Source: Candidatus Saccharimonadota bacterium (GTDB lineage: Bacteria > Pseudomonadota > Gammaproteobacteria > Enterobacterales > Enterobacteriaceae). From it: DNA of 32,000 bases. Location: positions 480,001 through 512,000 of the forward strand of contig NZ_CP046226.1 of the NCBI RefSeq assembly GCF_012562765.1. Reading direction: 5' to 3'. This document shows positions 1 through 11,078 of this stretch, piece by piece; the stretch's first letter is position 1, and every line of letters starts with the position of its first letter. The position numbers and the translations under genes are program-made. The notes under the pieces are model-generated. The model was not told the origin of the DNA and did not search any database. It saw nothing but the letters and a program-made list of their open reading frames with translations.

Positions 1-347
1 GTATTTAAAATATTATTATCAATAGGTAACGCTTTAGATTTATTTATTATAAATAAATTAGACGCTACTATTTCTATTTTTTTTGTTGATAAATTTAAAT
101 TTTTATTTATTTTTTTAACTACCTTACCTATTATTTTTACACAAAAATTATTACGTAATGTTGAAGCTAATTTAAATATTGTTTTATTTGAAGATGTAAA
201 AATAATTTGTATAATACCTTCTCTATCTCTTAAATTAATAAAAATTAATTTACCTAAATTTATATAATTATCTATCCAACCATAAAGTATTATTTCTTGA
301 TTTATATGTGTTAAATTAATTTCTCCACAATAAATTCTATTTTTCAT
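1..347 (-). CDS. aspS: aspartate--tRNA ligase, N-terminal ~115 codons (the rest lies outside the window)
   Basis: Absent from the ORF track because it runs off the edge. Reverse complement from the ATG at 347..345 reads MKNRIYCGEINLTHINQEIILYGWIDNYINLGKLIFINLRDREGIIQIIF... This is colinear with the E. coli AspRS N-terminal OB-fold ([49 protein letters not shown], from memory). Confidence 0.9.
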   Translation of the reverse strand, partial: MKNRIYCGEINLTHINQEIILYGWIDNYINLGKLIFINLRDREGIIQIIFTSSNKTIFKLASTLRNNFCVKIIGKVVKKINKNLNLSTKKIEIVASNLFIINKSKALPIDNNILN

Positions 348-441
348 AATAAATACCTATTATTTAATATTTTATAAAATATTTAAAATTATTATTATAA
401 AATAAAACAAAATATTTTTATATTTTAATATTAAATTAATT

Positions 442-450
442 TGATATAAT
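442..450 (+). promoter_or_regulatory. candidate extended -10 promoter element (TGATATAAT) for the downstream lyase gene
   Basis: tgatataat is an exact TGnTATAAT match, 33 nt upstream of the ATG at 483, in the divergent aspS/lyase spacer. TATAAT-like strings are common in this A/T background, so support is weak. Confidence 0.3.
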
Positions 451-482
451 CAAAAAATCAATAATTTAATTAATTAATTAAA

Positions 483-1631
483 ATGATAAAAAAAATTTAT
501 AATTTTGATAAGTTTATTGATAGATCTAATAGTGATAGTTTAAAATGGAATAAATATAATAAAAATATTATTCCTTTATGGATAGCTGATAGTGATTTTT
601 CTTGTCCTCCATGTATATTAAAAGCATTAAAGGAAAGAATTAATCATGGTATTTTAGGATATGGAATTATTTCAAAAAATTTATCAAATATCATTATTGA
701 AAGATTATGGAAAAATTATAAATGGAAAATTAATCCTGAATGGATTATATATATTAGTGGAGTTGTTTCTGGATTAAATTTAACTATAAGAGCTTTTACT
801 ACTAATAAAAATTCTGTAATAATACCTATTCCTATATATCCTCCATTTATATATGCAACTAATTTAGCTCAAAGATCTAAAATATATACAAAATTAATAC
901 AAATAAATAATAGATTTATTATAGACTGTAATTATTTAAATAAACATATTTATGGTAATGAAAAATTAATAATGTTATGTAATCCACATAATCCAGTAGG
1001 TACATCATATAAATATTATGAATTAGAAAAAATTTTAGAATTTGTTAAAAAATATAATTTAATTGTTTGTTCTGATGAAATACATTGTGATTTAATTTTA
1101 GAAAAAGGAATTCAACACATACCATTTGCGTCTCTTAATAATGATGCTGAACAATGTTCTATAACTCTTATGTCTCCATCTAAATCATTTAATATATCAG
1201 GATTAAATTTTGCAATTGCTATTATTCCTAATAAAAAATTACGTGATACATTTAATTTATTCAAACAAGGAATTAGTCCTAACATAGATATATTATCATG
1301 TATTGCAGCAGAATCTGCATGGAAAAATGGTAATGATTGGTTAAAAAAACAAATTAAGTATTTAAAAATTAATCGTGATCTTTTATTTTATGCAATAAAT
1401 AAACTTCCGTATATAAGTATGTTAAAACCAGAAGCTACATATCTTGGTTGGATTAATTGTTCTAAAATGAATATATTAAATCCAGCACTATATTTTGAAA
1501 AATATGGTATAGGATTATCTTCAGGAAAAGATTTTGGAGATGCAAATTTTATTAGGTTTAATTTTGCTTGTACTCATGATATATTAAAAAAAGCGTTGAA
1601 AAGAATAGAACATGCAATTAATCAATTATAA
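483..1631 (+). CDS. PLP-dependent class I/II aminotransferase-fold C-S lyase, MalY/PatB family (cystathionine beta-lyase-like)
   Basis: 382 aa, colinear with E. coli MalY: FDKFIDRSNSDSLKW vs FSKVVDRHGTWCTQW, LCNPHNPVG vs LCSPQNPTG, SDEIHCDL vs SDEIHMDM. The PLP-lysine motif SPSKSFNISGL matches SGSKSFNIPAL. Confidence 0.8.
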   Translation: MIKKIYNFDKFIDRSNSDSLKWNKYNKNIIPLWIADSDFSCPPCILKALKERINHGILGYGIISKNLSNIIIERLWKNYKWKINPEWIIYISGVVSGLNLTIRAFTTNKNSVIIPIPIYPPFIYATNLAQRSKIYTKLIQINNRFIIDCNYLNKHIYGNEKLIMLCNPHNPVGTSYKYYELEKILEFVKKYNLIVCSDEIHCDLILEKGIQHIPFASLNNDAEQCSITLMSPSKSFNISGLNFAIAIIPNKKLRDTFNLFKQGISPNIDILSCIAAESAWKNGNDWLKKQIKYLKINRDLLFYAINKLPYISMLKPEATYLGWINCSKMNILNPALYFEKYGIGLSSGKDFGDANFIRFNFACTHDILKKALKRIEHAINQL

Positions 1632-1672
1632 AAATTAATTTTATTAAAAATTTATTTAATTAGGTAAAATGA

Positions 1673-3406
1673 ATGAATATTAAAAAAATTCTTTCAGATA
1701 ATATTCAAAATGCAATGTTAAAATCAGGTATTCCATCCAAATATAATGTAATGTTACGTCAATGTAAAAAAATAAAATTTGGACATTATCAAGTAAATGG
1801 TATTATACCTGCTGCTATAAAATTAGGTAATAATCCTAAAAAACTAGCTATAAAAGTAATACAAAATATAAATTTAAAAAATGTAATAGAAAAAATAAAA
1901 ATATCACCATTAGGATTTATTAATATTTTCATTAAAAATAAATGGATATCTAAACAAATAAGTTTATTTTTAAATACTCCAAAATTAGGTATTTTAAATA
2001 AAATAAAAATTAAAAATATTATAATAGATTATTCAAGTCCCAATATTGCAAAAGAAATGCATGTTGGACATTTAAGATCTACAATAATAGGAGATTCAAT
2101 AGTTCGTATATTAATTTTCTTAGGACATAATGTAATAAAAGTTAATCATATAGGTGATTGGGGTACACAATTTGGAATGTTAATTGCATTTTTAGAGTTT
2201 AAAAAATATAAAGAAAAAAAAATATTTTTATCTGATTTAAATAAATTTTATAAAGAAGCACAAATTAAATATAATGAAAATAAAAGTTTTGCTGAAAAAT
2301 CTAGAAAATATGTTGTCAAATTACAAAATAATGATCCATTTTGTTTAAAAATATGGAAAAAATTTGTTCAAATTACTATGAATTATAATTATATATTATA
2401 TAAAAAACTTAATGTGTCATTAACTTCAAAAAATACTTTTGGTGAAAGTACATATAATCATATGTTACCAAAAATAATTTTAGATTTAAAAAAAAAAGGT
2501 TTAGCTATTAATAGTAATGGAGCTGTTGTTATTCCTATAGAAAAAATAAAAAATAAAAATGGAACTACAATGGCAATTATTATACAAAAAAAAGATGGAG
2601 GATATCTTTATGCAACTACTGACATTGCTTGCATAAAATATCGTTGTCAAGCATTAAAAGCTGATCGTATTATATATTATGTAGATGCTCGACAAAGTCA
2701 ATATTTAAAACAAATATTTTTAATAGCAAAAAAAGCCAATTATGTTCCTTTACATGTAGAATTAGAACATCATATGTTTGGAATGATATTAGATCATAAT
2801 AATAAACCATTTAAAACTCGTACAGGAGAAAATATAAAATTAAATAGTTTAATAGAAGAATCTATAATAAGATCAAAAAAAATAATCTTACAAAAAAATC
2901 CTATGATAAAAAAAAGTGAATTAGATAATTTATCTTCTATAATAGGTATTGCAGCAATTAAATATTCTGAATTATCTAAAAATAGGATAACTAATTACAT
3001 TTTTAACTGGAATGAAATGCTTTCTTTAAATGGAAATACAGCTCCTTACATACAATATGCTTATGTAAGAGCAAAATCAATATTAATAAAATCAAAAATT
3101 AATTTTAATGATTTTTTAAATTATGAAATAAAATTTTCAAATGACTATGAAATTAATTTAGCTATTACTTTTTTAGAATTTGAAGAAATAATTTTAAAAA
3201 TTGCAAAAAATGGTACTCCACATATATTATGTAATTGGTTATATAAAATTACTACATTATTTTCTAATTTCTATGAAAATTGTAATATATTAAGTATAAA
3301 TAATAATTTAATTAAGATGAGTAGGTTAACAATAGTATTTATTACTACTAAATTTTTAAAAACAGGATTAAATCTTTTAGGTATCAAAACAATTAATAAA
3401 ATGTAA
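1673..3406 (+). CDS. argS: arginine--tRNA ligase
   Basis: 577 aa, the same length as E. coli ArgRS. The class I HIGH region NIAKEMHVGHLRSTIIGDS is nearly identical to E. coli NVAKEMHVGHLRSTIIGDA. The sequence ends in M, as in E. coli ArgRS. Confidence 0.95.
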   Translation: MNIKKILSDNIQNAMLKSGIPSKYNVMLRQCKKIKFGHYQVNGIIPAAIKLGNNPKKLAIKVIQNINLKNVIEKIKISPLGFINIFIKNKWISKQISLFLNTPKLGILNKIKIKNIIIDYSSPNIAKEMHVGHLRSTIIGDSIVRILIFLGHNVIKVNHIGDWGTQFGMLIAFLEFKKYKEKKIFLSDLNKFYKEAQIKYNENKSFAEKSRKYVVKLQNNDPFCLKIWKKFVQITMNYNYILYKKLNVSLTSKNTFGESTYNHMLPKIILDLKKKGLAINSNGAVVIPIEKIKNKNGTTMAIIIQKKDGGYLYATTDIACIKYRCQALKADRIIYYVDARQSQYLKQIFLIAKKANYVPLHVELEHHMFGMILDHNNKPFKTRTGENIKLNSLIEESIIRSKKIILQKNPMIKKSELDNLSSIIGIAAIKYSELSKNRITNYIFNWNEMLSLNGNTAPYIQYAYVRAKSILIKSKINFNDFLNYEIKFSNDYEINLAITFLEFEEIILKIAKNGTPHILCNWLYKITTLFSNFYENCNILSINNNLIKMSRLTIVFITTKFLKTGLNLLGIKTINKM

Positions 3407-3465
3407 AATAATTTAAATTAAATAATTTACATATTTCTAATTATTATAAAATAATAAATATTATT

Positions 3466-4575
3466 ATGTATAAAAAAAAAGTAATAATTGCCATTTCTGG
3501 TGGTGTTGATTCTTCTGTATCTGCTTGGTTATTAAAAAATCAAAATTATCAAGTAGAAGGATTATTTATGAAAAACTGGGAAGAAGACGACAATAAAAAT
3601 TGTAGTATAAAAAAAGATTTACATGATGCAGAAACAATTTGTAATCAATTAAATATTCATTTACATAAAATTAATTTTTCTTTTGAATATTGGGAACATG
3701 TTTTTAAAAATTTTCTTTATGAATATAAAATAGGTAATACTCCAAATCCTGATATTTTATGTAATAAAATAATAAAGTTTAAGTATTTTATGAATTTTGC
3801 TTTAAAAAACTTAGGTGCAGATTTTATAAGTACAGGACATTATGTTAGATGTAAACAAATTAAACATCAATTTTATTTATTAAAAGGTATAGATAAAAAT
3901 AAAGATCAAAGTTATTTTTTATATACAATTAAAGAAAAACAATTAACAAAAATTTTATTTCCAGTAGGTGATTTAAATAAAATTGAAGTTCGTAAAATAG
4001 CAGAAAAATTAAATTTTATTAATGCAAAAAAAAAAGATTCTACAGGAATATGTTTTATAGGAGAAAAAAATTTTCCTAAATTTTTAAATAAATATTTATC
4101 TACAAAACCAGGAAATATTATTAATCTTAATGGTAAAATTATTGGAAAACATAAAGGATTAATACATTATACATTAGGACAGCGTAAAAGAATAGGAATA
4201 GGAGGATTATTAAATAATAATAATCCTGATCCCTGGTATGTTATAAAAAAAGATATGAAAAAAAACATTTTAATTGTTGCTCAAGGAAAAAATAATCCTT
4301 ATTTATTTTCTATTGGTTTAATAGCAAAAAATATTAGTTGGATTAATTATCCATTTAAAATACCAAAAACTTGTTATATTAAAACTAGATATAGACAAAA
4401 AGAAATATATTGTACAATAAAATTATTAAATAATAATAAAATTAAAGTTTTTTTTAAAAGTCCAATATCTAGTATTACACCTGGACAATCAGCTGTTTTC
4501 TATTCTGGATCTATTTGTTTAGGTGGTGGTATAATAGAAAAAAAAATTTCATATATGAATAATATAATTAATTAA
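3466..4575 (+). CDS. mnmA: tRNA 2-thiouridine(34) synthase
   Basis: 369 aa with the N-terminal PP-loop VIIAISGGVDSSVSAWLL. NTPNPDILCNKIIKF and TGHY are typical of MnmA/TrmU. The mnmA-purB neighbourhood is as in enterics. Confidence 0.93.
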   Translation: MYKKKVIIAISGGVDSSVSAWLLKNQNYQVEGLFMKNWEEDDNKNCSIKKDLHDAETICNQLNIHLHKINFSFEYWEHVFKNFLYEYKIGNTPNPDILCNKIIKFKYFMNFALKNLGADFISTGHYVRCKQIKHQFYLLKGIDKNKDQSYFLYTIKEKQLTKILFPVGDLNKIEVRKIAEKLNFINAKKKDSTGICFIGEKNFPKFLNKYLSTKPGNIINLNGKIIGKHKGLIHYTLGQRKRIGIGGLLNNNNPDPWYVIKKDMKKNILIVAQGKNNPYLFSIGLIAKNISWINYPFKIPKTCYIKTRYRQKEIYCTIKLLNNNKIKVFFKSPISSITPGQSAVFYSGSICLGGGIIEKKISYMNNIIN

Positions 4576-4593
4576 TTAAAAGGTTTTATATAA

Positions 4594-5970
4594 ATGAAAT
4601 TATTTCATCTTAATGCTTTATCTCCTTTAGATGGTAGATATCATAATGATTTAGTTTTTTTAAAAAATATTTTTAGTGAATATAGCTTAATGAAATTTAG
4701 ATTAGAAATTGAAATTTCTTGGTTAAAATTTTTATCTAAAAATACTAAGATTAATGAAATATCTAAATTTTCTATAGAAGAAACAAAATTTTTAAATGAA
4801 ATTATTAGTAATTTTAATGAATTTGATGCTCTTAAAATAAAAAAAATAGAATATGATATAAATCATGATGTTAAAGCAATAGAATATTTTTTAAAAAATA
4901 AAATAAAAAAACATCATTCATTAAAAAAAATATCAGAATTTGTTCATTTTGCATGTACATCAGAAGATATTAATAATTTATCATATGCAATAATGTTAAA
5001 TATATCAAAAAATAATCTTTTATCCATATGGATAAATGTTATGTCTACTATAAAAAAATTATCATTAAAATATAATAATATTGCTATGTTATCTCATACA
5101 CATGGACAACCAGCTACTCCATCTACTATTGGTAAAGAAATGATTAATTATGTATATCGTATGAAATTACAAATTAATAAATTTAAAAAAATAAATATTT
5201 TAGGTAAAATTAACGGAGCTGTAGGTAATTATAATGCTCATAAAATAGCATATCCTAATATTGATTGGCATAAATTAAGTAAAACTTTTGTTGAATCATT
5301 AGAAATTACTTGGAATCCTTATACTACTCAAATAGAACCTCATGATTACATTGCTGAAATATTTCATTGTATAATACGTTTTAATAATATTCTTATTGAT
5401 TTTAATAGAGATATCTGGGGTTATATATCATTAAAATATTTTAATCAAAAATTTTATAAAAAACATATTGGTTCATCAACAATGCCTCATAAAATAAATC
5501 CTATTTTATTTGAAAAATCAGAAGGAAATTTAGGAATGTCTAATGCAATTATGCAACATATGGCAAATAAATTACCTATTTCTAGATGGCAAAGAGATTT
5601 AACGGATTCTACTGTTATGAGAAATATTGGAGTAGCTATAGGTTATTCAATAGTATCATATACTAGTACAATAAAAGGTATTAAACAGTTAAAAATAAAT
5701 AAAAATTTTCTAAAACAAGAATTAGAAGAAAATTGGCAAGTAATTGGTGAAGCAATACAAACTATTATGAAAAAATATAATATTAAAAATGCATATGAAA
5801 AAATAAAAGAGTTAACTCGAGGAAAAAATATTTCATCACAAAACATACATGATTTTATTAATAAGTTAAATATACCTAATAAAGAAAAATTATTTTTAAA
5901 AAATATTACTCCTAATAATTATATTGGTTATGCTATAGAATTAACAAATAATTTTAATAAATATGTTTAA
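4594..5970 (+). CDS. purB: adenylosuccinate lyase
   Basis: 458 aa, starting MKLFHLNALSPLDGRY (E. coli MELSSLTAVSPVDGRY). Carries the fumarate-lyase signature GSSTMPHKINP. Confidence 0.95.
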   Translation: MKLFHLNALSPLDGRYHNDLVFLKNIFSEYSLMKFRLEIEISWLKFLSKNTKINEISKFSIEETKFLNEIISNFNEFDALKIKKIEYDINHDVKAIEYFLKNKIKKHHSLKKISEFVHFACTSEDINNLSYAIMLNISKNNLLSIWINVMSTIKKLSLKYNNIAMLSHTHGQPATPSTIGKEMINYVYRMKLQINKFKKINILGKINGAVGNYNAHKIAYPNIDWHKLSKTFVESLEITWNPYTTQIEPHDYIAEIFHCIIRFNNILIDFNRDIWGYISLKYFNQKFYKKHIGSSTMPHKINPILFEKSEGNLGMSNAIMQHMANKLPISRWQRDLTDSTVMRNIGVAIGYSIVSYTSTIKGIKQLKINKNFLKQELEENWQVIGEAIQTIMKKYNIKNAYEKIKELTRGKNISSQNIHDFINKLNIPNKEKLFLKNITPNNYIGYAIELTNNFNKYV

Positions 5971-5994
5971 TTAAATAATTTATTTAATCATATT

Positions 5995-7110
5995 ATGAGT
6001 TTATTTATGAGAAAAAATATTAAAGAAGTATTAGTTACTCTTAATAATATTAGTAAATCTTTTCTTGGTAAAAAAATTATTTCTAATTTTTGCTTAACAA
6101 TATATAATGGTGAATTTATTACTTTATTAGGACCATCAGGTTGTGGTAAAACAACAATTTTAAGACTAATATCAGGATTAGAAAAAGTAGATAGTGGTTC
6201 TATCATATTAGATCATAAGATAATTACTCATATTCCAGCAGAACATAGACAAACTAATACTGTTTTTCAAAGTTATGCTTTATTTCCTCATATGTCTGTA
6301 TTTGATAATATTGCTTTTGGACTCAAAATGCAAAAAAAACCATATGAAGAAATATTATCTAGTGTAAAAAATATTTTAAATTTAGTTCAATTACAAAATT
6401 TTTCCAATAGAAAACCTCATGAACTATCTGGAGGGCAACAACAAAGAGTAGCTATAGCTAGAGCTATTGTTAATAAACCTAAAATTTTACTTCTAGATGA
6501 ATCTTTATCAGCTTTAGATTATAGATTAAGAAAAAAAATGCAAAATGAATTAAAATTATTACAAAAAAAATTAGGAATTACTTTTATATTTGTTACTCAT
6601 AACCAAGAAGAAGCATTAACGATATCAGATCGTATAATTGTATTACGTAATGGTAAAATAGAACAAGATGGTACTCCTAAAGAAATATATGAAGAACCAA
6701 AAAATTTATTTGTTGCTAAATTTATAGGAGATATAAATATATTTAATGCTGTTATTATAAGAAAATTAAATAAGACACAAGTAAGAGCTAATTTAGAAGG
6801 ATATTTATGTAATATAACAGTTCCATTTCCTGTTATTCCGGGAGAAAAAATACATGTCTTATTAAGACCAGAAGATTTAAGAATTAAAGAAATAAATAAT
6901 AATAAATATATTAATGGTTTAATTGGATATGTTAAGGATAAAAGTTATAAAGGAATGACATTAGAATCCACTTTAGAACTTGAAAATGGAAAAATAATTA
7001 CTGTAAGTGAATTTTTTAATGAAGATGATCCAGATTTCGATCATTCTATTAATCAAAAGATGATTATTAATTGGGTTGAGACATGGGAGGTAGTATTACC
7101 TTATGAATAA
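5995..7110 (+). CDS. potA: spermidine/putrescine ABC transporter ATP-binding subunit
   Basis: 371 aa with Walker [24 protein letters not shown] and [11 protein letters not shown]. The C-terminal block [12 protein letters not shown]...[15 protein letters not shown]...[28 protein letters not shown] is almost identical to E. coli PotA. The start could instead be the second in-frame ATG, 4 codons downstream. Confidence 0.95.
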   Translation: MSLFMRKNIKEVLVTLNNISKSFLGKKIISNFCLTIYNGEFITLLGPSGCGKTTILRLISGLEKVDSGSIILDHKIITHIPAEHRQTNTVFQSYALFPHMSVFDNIAFGLKMQKKPYEEILSSVKNILNLVQLQNFSNRKPHELSGGQQQRVAIARAIVNKPKILLLDESLSALDYRLRKKMQNELKLLQKKLGITFIFVTHNQEEALTISDRIIVLRNGKIEQDGTPKEIYEEPKNLFVAKFIGDINIFNAVIIRKLNKTQVRANLEGYLCNITVPFPVIPGEKIHVLLRPEDLRIKEINNNKYINGLIGYVKDKSYKGMTLESTLELENGKIITVSEFFNEDDPDFDHSINQKMIINWVETWEVVLPYE

Positions 7111-7963
7111 AATAACTAAATATTATAGAAAACTAATAACTTTAATAGTTATTAGTTGGTTATTATTATTTATTTTTCTTCCAAATTTAATAATAATTAT
7201 TATTAGTTTTTTAACAAAAGATGATATGAATTTTATTAAATTTAATTTAACTCTACATAGTTATAAACTGATAATAGATATATTTTATTTAAAAATATTT
7301 ATATATTCTTTATATATATCGTTAATAACAACATTAATTTGTCTTGTTATTGGATTTATATTTTCATGGTGTCTTATTAAAATATCTCATCGTTACAGAT
7401 CTTTAATGTTATTTTTTTTATTTTTACCTTTTTGGGTTAATTCACTAATTAGGATATTTTGTTTAAAAAGTTTTTTTAGTATAAATGGTTATTTTAATAA
7501 TATTCTAATTTATTTAAAATTAATTAATCATCCTATACATATTATATATACATCTCTTGCTGTTATTTTAGGATTAGTATATATTTTATTACCTTTCATG
7601 ATTATACCAATATATTCTAGTTTAGAAAAATTAGATATGTTTTGTATAGAGGCAGCTAAAGATTTAGGAGCAAAATCATGGAAAATTTTTATGCATATAA
7701 TATTACCATTAACATTTCCAGGAATTATTTCAGGATGTTTATTAGTATTTTTACCAGCTATGGGAATGTTTTATATTTCAGATTTAATGGGTGGATCTAA
7801 AAATTTATTAATAGGTAATATTATAAAAAATCAATTTCTTAATATAAGAGATTGGCCATTAGGTGCTACTTTAAGTAATATAGTAATATTAATTACAGGA
7901 ATATTTTTAATATTATATTATAAATTAATAAAAATTTTTAATAAAAAGGAATTTTTAAAATAA
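7103..7963 (+). CDS. potB: spermidine/putrescine ABC transporter permease
   Basis: 286 aa polytopic membrane protein with the EAA-loop motif [14 protein letters not shown]. It overlaps the potA stop by 8 nt (ATGAATAA), as expected for a coupled operon. Confidence 0.9.
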   Translation: MNKITKYYRKLITLIVISWLLLFIFLPNLIIIIISFLTKDDMNFIKFNLTLHSYKLIIDIFYLKIFIYSLYISLITTLICLVIGFIFSWCLIKISHRYRSLMLFFLFLPFWVNSLIRIFCLKSFFSINGYFNNILIYLKLINHPIHIIYTSLAVILGLVYILLPFMIIPIYSSLEKLDMFCIEAAKDLGAKSWKIFMHIILPLTFPGIISGCLLVFLPAMGMFYISDLMGGSKNLLIGNIIKNQFLNIRDWPLGATLSNIVILITGIFLILYYKLIKIFNKKEFLK

Positions 7964-8778
7964 TGTTGAAATATTTATTACGTAATATTTTTATGATAAT
8001 AGTATATAGTTGGTTTTATATTCCTATAGTTATACTTATAATAAATTCTTTTAATTCTTCTAGTTTTGGAAGTCAATGGCAAGGATTTTCTATTAAATGG
8101 TATTATTCGATTATAAATAATCATGTTTTATTAGAAGCAACATATCATTCATTAATAATTGCTATAATTACTGCAACATGTACAACAATAATGGGTTTTT
8201 TAACTGCTATTACTTTATATTATTGTAATTTATTTATTAAATCATTTATTAATATTTTACTATTTATAGTTATTGTATCTCCTGATATTATTATGGCAAT
8301 TTCTTTATTATTATTATTTATATTATTTAATTTTACATTAGGTTTTTGGACATTATTAATTTCTCATATTACTTTTTGTCTTCCATATGTTGTTATTACA
8401 GTACATTCTAGATTAAAAAATTTTGATAGTCGTATTTTAGATGCTGCTAAAGATTTAGGAGCTAGTGATATTATTATCATTACAAAAATTATATTACCAT
8501 TAATACTACCTACAATATTATCTAGCTGGTTATTAAGTTTTGCTTTATCTATTGATGATATAACAATCTCAACATTTGTAACTGGACCACAATATGAAAT
8601 ATTACCATTGAAAATTTATTCTATGGCTAAAATAGGTATTTCTCCTGAAATTAATGCTTTAGCTACTATCTTAATAGTAATGTCTTTACTATTAGTTTTA
8701 TTTAGTCGTATTATTATAAATAATTTTTATAAAAATTATTTTCAAATTAATTATGCTAAAAAACATTCTAATAAATAA
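7963..8778 (+). CDS. potC: spermidine/putrescine ABC transporter permease
   Basis: 271 aa membrane protein with the EAA loop DAAKDLGASD. Its ATG shares one base with the potB TAA stop (TAATG). Confidence 0.9.
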   Translation: MLKYLLRNIFMIIVYSWFYIPIVILIINSFNSSSFGSQWQGFSIKWYYSIINNHVLLEATYHSLIIAIITATCTTIMGFLTAITLYYCNLFIKSFINILLFIVIVSPDIIMAISLLLLFILFNFTLGFWTLLISHITFCLPYVVITVHSRLKNFDSRILDAAKDLGASDIIIITKIILPLILPTILSSWLLSFALSIDDITISTFVTGPQYEILPLKIYSMAKIGISPEINALATILIVMSLLLVLFSRIIINNFYKNYFQINYAKKHSNK

Positions 8779-8869
8779 TTTATTATTAAATTTTTTATTT
8801 AAATATTTAAAATTAATTTATTAATTTAAATTAATTTCTGATTCAATAATTATTTATATTTATAAAAAA

Positions 8870-9685
8870 TTAATTTTGACATACAGAACAAAAAAAAGTA
8901 CTTCTATTTCTCTGAACTATTTTAATAATTTTTGTTTTACATATTTTACATAATTTGTTATTTCTTCCATATACAAATATAAATTTATTAAAACATCCTT
9001 TTTGATTATAAGGATTTGTATAATTAGATATTGAAGTTCCTCCATTTTTTATGGATTTATCTAATATATATTTAATATTTTTAATTAAAATATTTATTTC
9101 TATAAAAGTTAAAGTACTAGCTTTTCTATAAGGTAATATTTTTGATAGGAATAATGATTCATTAGAATATATATTTCCAATACCTACAACTATTTCATTC
9201 ATCATTAATAATACTTTTATAGGTATTTTTTTTTTCTGAGTAATTTTATATAAATATATACTATTAAATTTATTTGTAAGAGGTTCAACTCCTAATTTTT
9301 TTATAAAGTTATTTTCTTTATAATTTTTATGACTCCATATCCAAAATCCAAATCTTCTAATATCTGAATAACGTAATATAATATTATTATTAATTATTAA
9401 GTCTATATGATCATTTTTAAAAATTTTTATATTTTGTTTATCAATGATTAATAAGTTTCCAGTCATTCCTAGATGAATAATAATTGAATGATTTTGTAAT
9501 AAAAAAATTATATATCGTCCACGACGTTTTATATCTATTATTTTTTGATTACTAATATTAATTATTTCTTTTGGTATTAAATATTTTAATTTTATATTTC
9601 TTACTATAGAATAATTAATAATATAACCTTTTAAATAGGGTAAAATTATATTTTTAATAACTTCTATTTCTGGTAATTCAGGCAT
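8870..9685 (-). CDS. mutM: formamidopyrimidine-DNA glycosylase (Fpg)
   Basis: 271 aa with the catalytic N-terminus MPELPEIEV and a C-terminal zinc finger CKICKTKI...FFCSVCQ. Confidence 0.93.
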   Translation of the reverse strand: MPELPEIEVIKNIILPYLKGYIINYSIVRNIKLKYLIPKEIINISNQKIIDIKRRGRYIIFLLQNHSIIIHLGMTGNLLIIDKQNIKIFKNDHIDLIINNNIILRYSDIRRFGFWIWSHKNYKENNFIKKLGVEPLTNKFNSIYLYKITQKKKIPIKVLLMMNEIVVGIGNIYSNESLFLSKILPYRKASTLTFIEINILIKNIKYILDKSIKNGGTSISNYTNPYNQKGCFNKFIFVYGRNNKLCKICKTKIIKIVQRNRSTFFCSVCQN

Positions 9686-9700
9686 TTAAAATAAACAAAT

Positions 9701-11068
9701 TTATTTACCAATACAAAATTTAGAAAAAATACTTTCTAATAAATCTTTAGATGTAAATTTTCCAGTTATATTATCAAGTTCCATTTGAGCTAATCTTAAA
9801 TTTTCTGATAATAATTCAATTGGAGAATTAATAGATGAAAATATTAACTGTCCTTCTTTAAGATATTTAAATACTGATTTTAATATATCAATATGTCTTT
9901 CTCTTGCAGTAAAAATATCTTCAGTATTATGAGTATAAGTAATATTTTTTTTTATGTAATCCATTAATATAGGAATACCTTTTTTAGTTTTAACTGATAA
10001 TTTAATAGTAATAAATTTATTCTTTGTTATAATCTCAGGATTATTACATGTTAAATCTATTTTATTTCTAATAATAATTATTGGTATTTTTTTATTAAAA
10101 TGAATTAAGTAATTATTTATAATTTTTGATAAATTATTATTATTGATATTATCATTTACTATTAAAAATAAATAATTTGTTTTTTTAATTTCATTAATAG
10201 TTTTTTTTATTCCAATATTTTCAATTTTATTATTAGTTTTTCTAATTCCTGCTGTATCAATAATTTGTATTGGAACAGAATTTATATAAATTTTTTCATA
10301 TAAAATATCTCTAGTAGTACCAGGAATATCAGTAATAATAGATACATCTCTTTCAGAGAGTAAATTCATTAAACTAGATTTTCCAGAATTAGGTGGACCT
10401 ATTAAAATAATTTTTATTCCTTCTCTAATATTTATTCCATTATGAACATATTTTATTATGTTTGATAAATTATTTAATAATTTTTCTAATTTAATTAAAA
10501 TATCTTTTTTAAAAAGAATTATTTTATTTTCTTCAAATTCTACAAAAGATTCAATATCAGTTCTAAGATTAATAATAGTTATTTGAAGTTTATTTAATAA
10601 ATATGAAAATTTTCCATTAAGTAAATTCATAGCAGAGAAAACAGCTGCTTTAGAATTAGCTGAAATTAAATCACTAATTGCTTCTGCTTGAGTTAAATCT
10701 ATTTTTTTATTTAAAAAAGCTCTTTCTGTAAATTCTCCAGGTTTTGCAATTCTAATTCCAGGAATAGTTATAATATAGTTAATTAATAAATCTAATATTA
10801 TAGGACCACCATGACATTGTAATTCAACAATATCTTCTCCTGTAAAAGAATTAGGTTTTGGAAACCATAATGCTATTCCTTTATCTATTATATTTTTTTT
10901 ATAAAAAAAAGGTAAATAATATGCATATCTAGGTTTCATATGAGATATATGTAATATATTTTTTATTACACTTCTAGAATTTTTTCCTGATATTCTTATA
11001 ATTCCTATACTACCAATTCCTAAAGGTGTTGCTCTTGCAACTATTGTTGTTATATTGTATGTTACCAT
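9701..11068 (-). CDS. mnmE: tRNA modification GTPase MnmE (TrmE/ThdF)
   Basis: 455 aa with G1 GPPNSGKSSL, G3 DTAG and the diagnostic C-terminal CIGK. It sits in the conserved position downstream of yidC. Confidence 0.95.
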   Translation of the reverse strand: MVTYNITTIVARATPLGIGSIGIIRISGKNSRSVIKNILHISHMKPRYAYYLPFFYKKNIIDKGIALWFPKPNSFTGEDIVELQCHGGPIILDLLINYIITIPGIRIAKPGEFTERAFLNKKIDLTQAEAISDLISANSKAAVFSAMNLLNGKFSYLLNKLQITIINLRTDIESFVEFEENKIILFKKDILIKLEKLLNNLSNIIKYVHNGINIREGIKIILIGPPNSGKSSLMNLLSERDVSIITDIPGTTRDILYEKIYINSVPIQIIDTAGIRKTNNKIENIGIKKTINEIKKTNYLFLIVNDNINNNNLSKIINNYLIHFNKKIPIIIIRNKIDLTCNNPEIITKNKFITIKLSVKTKKGIPILMDYIKKNITYTHNTEDIFTARERHIDILKSVFKYLKEGQLIFSSINSPIELLSENLRLAQMELDNITGKFTSKDLLESIFSKFCIGK

Positions 11069-11078
11069 TTTAATATTT

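Noticed and set aside
5643-5846. 67-aa ORF on the minus strand
   Set aside because: It lies entirely antisense within the well-supported purB. The product is low-complexity and F/I-rich with no recognisable motif, as expected by chance in A/T-rich DNA.
5988-6206. 72-aa ORF on the minus strand
   Set aside because: It is antisense to the potA Walker A region and has no homology. It is a shadow ORF of the strongly conserved plus-strand gene.
8810-8837. 11-bp A/T-only inverted repeat (AAATTAATTTA / TAAATTAATTT, 6-nt loop) between the convergent potC and mutM
   Set aside because: It could act as a weak bidirectional terminator. However, an 11-bp A/T stem is expected by chance many times in spacers of this composition, so there is not enough support to annotate it.
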